A stretch of 64,000 nucleotides of DNA from Gemmatimonadota bacterium (GTDB lineage: Bacteria; Gemmatimonadota; Gemmatimonadetes; Palauibacterales; KS3-K002). Shown here piece by piece: positions 60,004-64,000 of this stretch. The stretch lies in NCBI GenBank assembly GCA_039586795.1, contig JBDHJS010000017.1, positions 51,168 through 115,167 of the forward strand, given 5' to 3'. The position numbers and the translations under genes were made by a program. Every line of letters begins with the position of its first letter. The first letter of the stretch is position 1. A model generated the notes under the pieces. It ran no database searches and was not told the origin of the DNA. It saw only the letters and a list, made by a program, of their open reading frames with translations.

Positions 60004-60034
60004 AAAGGAGCAGCTCGTGAGGAGCTGCTCCTTT
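60004..60034 (-). terminator. Intrinsic terminator after the lipoprotein array
   Basis: Minus strand aaaggagcagctc-ctcac-gagctgctccttttt. Confidence 0.8.
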
Positions 60035-60056
60035 CCTATCAGAGTGCCTGTACGGA

Positions 60057-60617
60057 TTAGAAGATGACACCTTCGACGTCGAAGATCTCGGTATTACCCC
60101 GCTCCACCATGGTCAACCGAAGCTGCATGGTATGGAAGTCACCAGTGCCGTGCGCGTTTAGTCTCAGCGCGGCTTGCCCCCCGGGCGGTACTGTTCCCTT
60201 GTGTGGGCCCTCAAAGACGCCACATCCTAAATCGTTATGGCACACATCCAGATTGCCGAATCCGAAGACGCGGCCGTTAAGCAGCACGACGTGCTGCCAA
60301 CCGTTCATTATCCCGGTAATGTCACCATCCAAGTCGCCTTCGATCGTCCCCACCACGATGCAGTTCTTGTAGTGAGCTATGAGGGTTTCGGTGTCGAGTA
60401 TCATACACTCCGCTTGGTTAATGACGTTGGGGAACCCAGGTATTGGGCCCGTGAGATCAATTACGGCCTGGAAGGCCGTCGCCTTTTTCGGTGCCGCTGT
60501 CAGCGAAACCGTACCGTCTGCCTGTGGCTCGCTCGGTATCGAATCCTCGCAGCCAGTCACCACGACGGCCACAAGCAGGAGGCTCGCCAAGCCAGTCGGA
60601 AGATTCTTGAACCGCAT
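60057..60617 (-). CDS. Hypothetical beta-rich lipoprotein A
   Basis: GGAGG RBS; VTGC lipobox; EC...H..NC..G...GDL and HGTGDF motifs shared with 60739-61308. Confidence 0.75.
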   Translation of the reverse strand: MRFKNLPTGLASLLLVAVVVTGCEDSIPSEPQADGTVSLTAAPKKATAFQAVIDLTGPIPGFPNVINQAECMILDTETLIAHYKNCIVVGTIEGDLDGDITGIMNGWQHVVLLNGRVFGFGNLDVCHNDLGCGVFEGPHKGTVPPGGQAALRLNAHGTGDFHTMQLRLTMVERGNTEIFDVEGVIF

Positions 60618-60622
60618 GATAT

Positions 60623-60664
60623 CCCTCCAGAGATGGTTAGAGAATCCCGAGAACGGCATGTGCC
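60623..60664 (-). repeat. Conserved 42-bp upstream element, copy A
   Basis: 37/42 identical to 61341-61382; contains the RBS of lipoprotein A. Confidence 0.85.
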
Positions 60665-60738
60665 GGCCACATAAGTCAGAGAGACCTCGCACGTATTGAA
60701 GACTCCGCTATTCTCCGGCAATCGGACGAATTCGATAG

Positions 60739-61308
60739 CTAGCGGATTCTACCGGTAACCGTGATCACGCTGGCTCCGGGTGGAGCGCCTTGCTCTTGCA
60801 CGTCGCCCCACAACTGGAGCCCCTTGAAGTCTCCGCCTGTTCCGTGACCATGGAGCTTTCCGGCCTGGAGACCGAAGGTTCCTTTGATTTGGCCACTGCC
60901 TTCAAAGGTGCCCGTCAAGTCTCCTGTGGGGCTGTGCCAAGTTACGTCTTTGAGAATGAAGGACCCCTGGCCGTTACCGTTGCCCTGAGCGTCCTGCACG
61001 CCGGTGAGCACGAACGTAACGGCGTCCGGCGCCGGGTTCTCCAGGTCGCCTGCAACGGGTCCGAGGAATATGCAGTGATTGAAGTGCGTCTTGCCGTCCC
61101 CGGTCACTTTGAGGCACTCACCTGCGTTCACGGGAATCCCCGGCCCTAGCCCACCAAGGTCTGCTGCAAAAGTGACGGCTACCCCGGGCGCACCGACCAA
61201 TTGAGGTCCCAAGTCTATATCGGTTGGGGTTACAGGATCGTCACCGCTGCAACCGGATAGGACGAGGCCCGACCCCACCAACAATGACATCAACGCTCTG
61301 ACTTTCAT
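60739..61308 (-). CDS. Hypothetical beta-rich lipoprotein B (paralog of A)
   Basis: AGGAGG RBS; LSGC lipobox; ECLK..THFNHCIFLGPVAGDL, GTFEG, HGTGGDFKGLQL. Confidence 0.75.
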   Translation of the reverse strand: MKVRALMSLLVGSGLVLSGCSGDDPVTPTDIDLGPQLVGAPGVAVTFAADLGGLGPGIPVNAGECLKVTGDGKTHFNHCIFLGPVAGDLENPAPDAVTFVLTGVQDAQGNGNGQGSFILKDVTWHSPTGDLTGTFEGSGQIKGTFGLQAGKLHGHGTGGDFKGLQLWGDVQEQGAPPGASVITVTGRIR

Positions 61309-61340
61309 TTTGCCCCTCCTATTACCGGACACGACCGTGC

Positions 61341-61382
61341 CCCTCCAGAGATGGTTGGCGAATCCCAAGAACGGTATGCGCC
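61341..61382 (-). repeat. Conserved 42-bp upstream element, copy B
   Basis: 37/42 identical to 60623-60664; overlaps the ggttggcg/cgccaacc inverted repeat. Confidence 0.85.
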
Positions 61383-61402
61383 AACCTCACTGGCCAGGCC
61401 AG

Positions 61403-62026
61403 CTACCGCGGATCAGGTGCCAAAACCACACCCAGCATGCAGCCAATGCCCGTCCTGCACCGCCAGTGCACGTTGAGGTTCACATTGTCACCGCCAATCA
61501 CCTCTACTTCGCCGTGAGCACTGAGCCCCCAAGAGTTCCTTCGAGTGTGATCATACAGATAGGCATAGAGATCGTTGTCAGTCCAAACAGCATCTACCGT
61601 CCCGGTGGCGATGATAGGATAGACCGTTCCTAGATTGGCACAGTCTGCTCCTCCTGCGTCTGGATAGCCCGTGATATCAATGACGAAGACGTGGTAGTCG
61701 TCCAACTGTCTCAAACGCTGGATGACCGTCTCGTCTGCCGAGACAACATCTTGATAATCAAGCAGGACCGGCGGATCCGCGCTGAACGCGCAGGGGAACG
61801 GGACGTCCCAAGGTCCGATGATCGACGCGAGGTTGGTCCGCGTGTCAAGCGTGATATCCCAAGCCCAGTTCTGGCCGCGTAAGATCTTCGGGTTCGGAGC
61901 CTCCGGGCCATTGCTGAAATTGAAGGCGGGAGTGCCAGGGGTCACTTCGGTGGGCGTGCGCTCTTCGCTGCAGCCGCAAAAGAGGGCCACCCCAACCAGC
62001 ACGGCAATGTACGGATTGTACCTCAT
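61403..62026 (-). CDS. Hypothetical lipoprotein C
   Basis: AAGGAGG RBS; FCGC lipobox; PAFNFSNGP linker; beta-rich body. Confidence 0.75.
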   Translation of the reverse strand: MRYNPYIAVLVGVALFCGCSEERTPTEVTPGTPAFNFSNGPEAPNPKILRGQNWAWDITLDTRTNLASIIGPWDVPFPCAFSADPPVLLDYQDVVSADETVIQRLRQLDDYHVFVIDITGYPDAGGADCANLGTVYPIIATGTVDAVWTDNDLYAYLYDHTRRNSWGLSAHGEVEVIGGDNVNLNVHWRCRTGIGCMLGVVLAPDPR

Positions 62027-62270
62027 GATTCCTCCTTGCCTGGGAAAACGGATCGTTGTAAGGGAAGACACCATACGCAGCCAATACCTCCGGGGCGGAG
62101 CCCGCTGCCTGACCCACTGAGCACGTCTACGATTCGCTCTAGGAGCATGAACAGGCTCGACCATCCGGCCCATATTGTCCTCCTCCATTGGGCGGCGATC
62201 CTTGGACCGAGAGCCGCGACGAGACATTGTGGCCCTTTAGGGAACTAGCGATTACAATAATGAACACGTA

Positions 62271-62310
62271 TCAGGGTTCTGTCCGTGCATCCTCAGGGTT
62301 TTGTCAGGAG
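62271..62310. promoter_or_regulatory. 11-bp-periodic direct repeats, candidate SARP/OmpR-type binding site
   Basis: TCAGG 62271, TCCGT 62282, TCAGG 62293, TCAGG 62304; tcagggtt(c/t)tgtc repeated at 22 bp. Confidence 0.65.
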
Positions 62311-62337
62311 CCTCCTAACTGACCCGCCGGAGGTGAC

Positions 62338-64000
62338 ATGTATTCACTTCGAGTCCTCGGCGGCTTGTCGCTCGGCGGGTTCTCCGGACCACTCTCCGGC
62401 CCGGCAGTTCAGCCACGTCAATTAGCCCTGCTGGCCGTTCTCGCGGCGGCCCAGGAGAAGGGAGCCAGCCGCGACAAACTGGTGGGCCTGCTCTGGCCCG
62501 ACAGAGACCAGGCCGAAGCGCGCCACGCCCTCTCGAACTCCGTCTATGAGCTCAGGAAAGCGATAGGCGAGGATGCCATCCTCGTCTCTGGCGACAACCT
62601 CTGCCTGAACTCCGAGGTCACTGGGACGGACGTCGCCTCGTTCAGAGAATCGCTCGAGCGAGGAGAGCTGACCGGCGCGGTCGAGGCGTACACCGGCCCG
62701 TTTCTGGACGGGTTCTATCTGAGTCGAGCGGAGGTATTCGAGCGTTGGGTCGAGTTGGAGAGGCAACGGCTCGCCGTCCAGTACGGGGAGGCGCTCGAAG
62801 CACTGGCCGAGAGCACCGAGGGGGCCGGCGAGTTCCCGAGAGCCGTAGGGTGGTGGCAGCGGCTGGTGGCCTACGATCCCTACAACTCTCGCTTCGCCGT
62901 CCGACTCATGCAGGCGATGGCGGCAGCCGGCGACCCGGCCAACGCGCTCCAGCACGCCAAAGAGCATGAGGATCTACTGCGGCGGGAGCTCGACATAGAC
63001 CCGCCCGCAGAGGTGCTGGCGCTAGCCGAGCGCCTGAGGCGAGAGCCCTCCAAGCCGACCTTGAAGGCAGAGCCGCTTGGCGTGGAGGGCACGACAGGAA
63101 GCGCGACAGGTGCCGTAGCGCAGATCCCGAGCGCTTCCCAGTGGAATCGAATATCCCGAATGGCAATCGTTGCTACCGCGGCTACGATAGCCATCGTCGC
63201 TGCGGGGATCATCTTCCTACCTCAACGGCGACCGACGCTGGACGAACAACGCGTCGTCGTCGTCTCGTTCGAGAATCGGACGGGTGACGACCGATTGGAT
63301 CCTGTCGGCCAAATGGCAGCGGACTGGATTAGCCGCGGGGTCGCTCGGACGGGCCTCATGGAGGTGGTCCCCCCGTCATCAGCTTTGTTTGCCGAACGGG
63401 GTGCGATGCGGAAGATGGGTGTCTTGCCGGGGCTCGATCTGGCGCGGAGTACTGCCCAGACAACTGGCGCGGGCACGGTGATTTGGGGTTCCTACTACCT
63501 GTCCCGCGACAGCCTTTACTTCGACGTCCGGATCACGGACGCATCGAACGACAGGCTCTTGAGTGCGCCCGAGCCCGTTGTTGTTGGTCTCGAAGATGAG
63601 GTAGAGGCAATCGTAGAGTTGCAGCAGAGAGCGATGGGAGCCCTGGCAACCACTTTCAACCCTTTCCTGGGCGAGCCTCCGGCTGAACTGGTCCAACCAC
63701 CCCAGTACGAAGCCTACGTGGAGTACGCGAAAGGGCTGGACAAGCTAGCCGACGTCAAATGGGAGGAGGCCACGCTTCACATGCTTCAAGCGGCGAAGCT
63801 CGACTCTACATTCGCAGCGGCTCAACTGTTCGTCGCTTACGGGTTCTTCCTGACGGATCGACTCCCGCAGATGGATTCGATGATTCGGTTGATCGACCCG
63901 GCACGTGATCGGTTAACGCCCGCCGACCGCGAGTTCCTCGATTTTCTGACCACTTACGCGCGACGAGATGTTCAGGGGGCCTACGAGGCTGCACTACGAA
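62338..64000 (+). CDS. SARP-family regulator (wHTH + BTAD) with TM helix and TolB-N/TPR-like C-terminal region; truncated by the window edge
   Basis: GGAGG RBS; MYSLRVLGGL..., SRDKLVGLLWPD, ARHALSNSVYELRKAIG, YTGPFLDGF, FERWVE, RLVAYDPYNS; TM near 63160-63220; RVVVVSFENRTGD; absent from the ORF track because there is no stop in the window. Confidence 0.9.
   Translation, partial: MYSLRVLGGLSLGGFSGPLSGPAVQPRQLALLAVLAAAQEKGASRDKLVGLLWPDRDQAEARHALSNSVYELRKAIGEDAILVSGDNLCLNSEVTGTDVASFRESLERGELTGAVEAYTGPFLDGFYLSRAEVFERWVELERQRLAVQYGEALEALAESTEGAGEFPRAVGWWQRLVAYDPYNSRFAVRLMQAMAAAGDPANALQHAKEHEDLLRRELDIDPPAEVLALAERLRREPSKPTLKAEPLGVEGTTGSATGAVAQIPSASQWNRISRMAIVATAATIAIVAAGIIFLPQRRPTLDEQRVVVVSFENRTGDDRLDPVGQMAADWISRGVARTGLMEVVPPSSALFAERGAMRKMGVLPGLDLARSTAQTTGAGTVIWGSYYLSRDSLYFDVRITDASNDRLLSAPEPVVVGLEDEVEAIVELQQRAMGALATTFNPFLGEPPAELVQPPQYEAYVEYAKGLDKLADVKWEEATLHMLQAAKLDSTFAAAQLFVAYGFFLTDRLPQMDSMIRLIDPARDRLTPADREFLDFLTTYARRDVQGAYEAALR

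Noticed and set aside
60623..61386. Repeated element as integron attC sites or CRISPR repeats
   Set aside because: No RYYYAAC...GTTRRRY core pair, only two copies ~720 bp apart, and no intI or cas genes
62422..62967. ORF-track minus-strand ORFs at the right end
   Set aside because: They are shadows of the real + strand BTAD regulator starting at 62338

Overview
GC-rich, gene-dense bacterial chromosomal segment. The gene repertoire (BlaI/M56 pair, orphan duplicated ABC permease, membrane-anchored BTAD/SARP regulator, many secreted peptidases and sulfatases) suggests Gemmatimonadota or Acidobacteriota; this is inference. In order: GT2 / TVP38 / flippase-domain genes; a TAP-like hydrolase and an MFS transporter; a polyphosphate cluster (ppx-sixA-CHAD converging on ppk1); an SPFH operon with three Zn-ribbon paralogs; BlaI with a BlaR1-like protein carrying a helical-repeat sensor; a sulfatase; tRNA-Lys(CTT); a TPP riboswitch ahead of thiC; a ~10 kb envelope cluster (atypical-kinase-like domain fused to an Omp85-type barrel, metallophosphoesterase, EEP lipoprotein, three small beta-barrels, two DUF4136); a GGDEF gene with a probable non-canonical start; an XRE/DUF2178 operon; an ABC permease flanked by direct repeats; vapBC; an exported ester-hydrolase cluster; SpdH-like, M28, S9 and S41 genes. 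At the right edge a membrane-anchored SARP/BTAD regulator, missing from the ORF track, faces an array of small lipoprotein genes; two of them share a conserved 42-bp upstream element, and an 11-bp-periodic repeat lies in the divergent promoter region. No integrase, transposase or CRISPR array was seen. All family assignments come from recognising motifs by eye, not from database searches.
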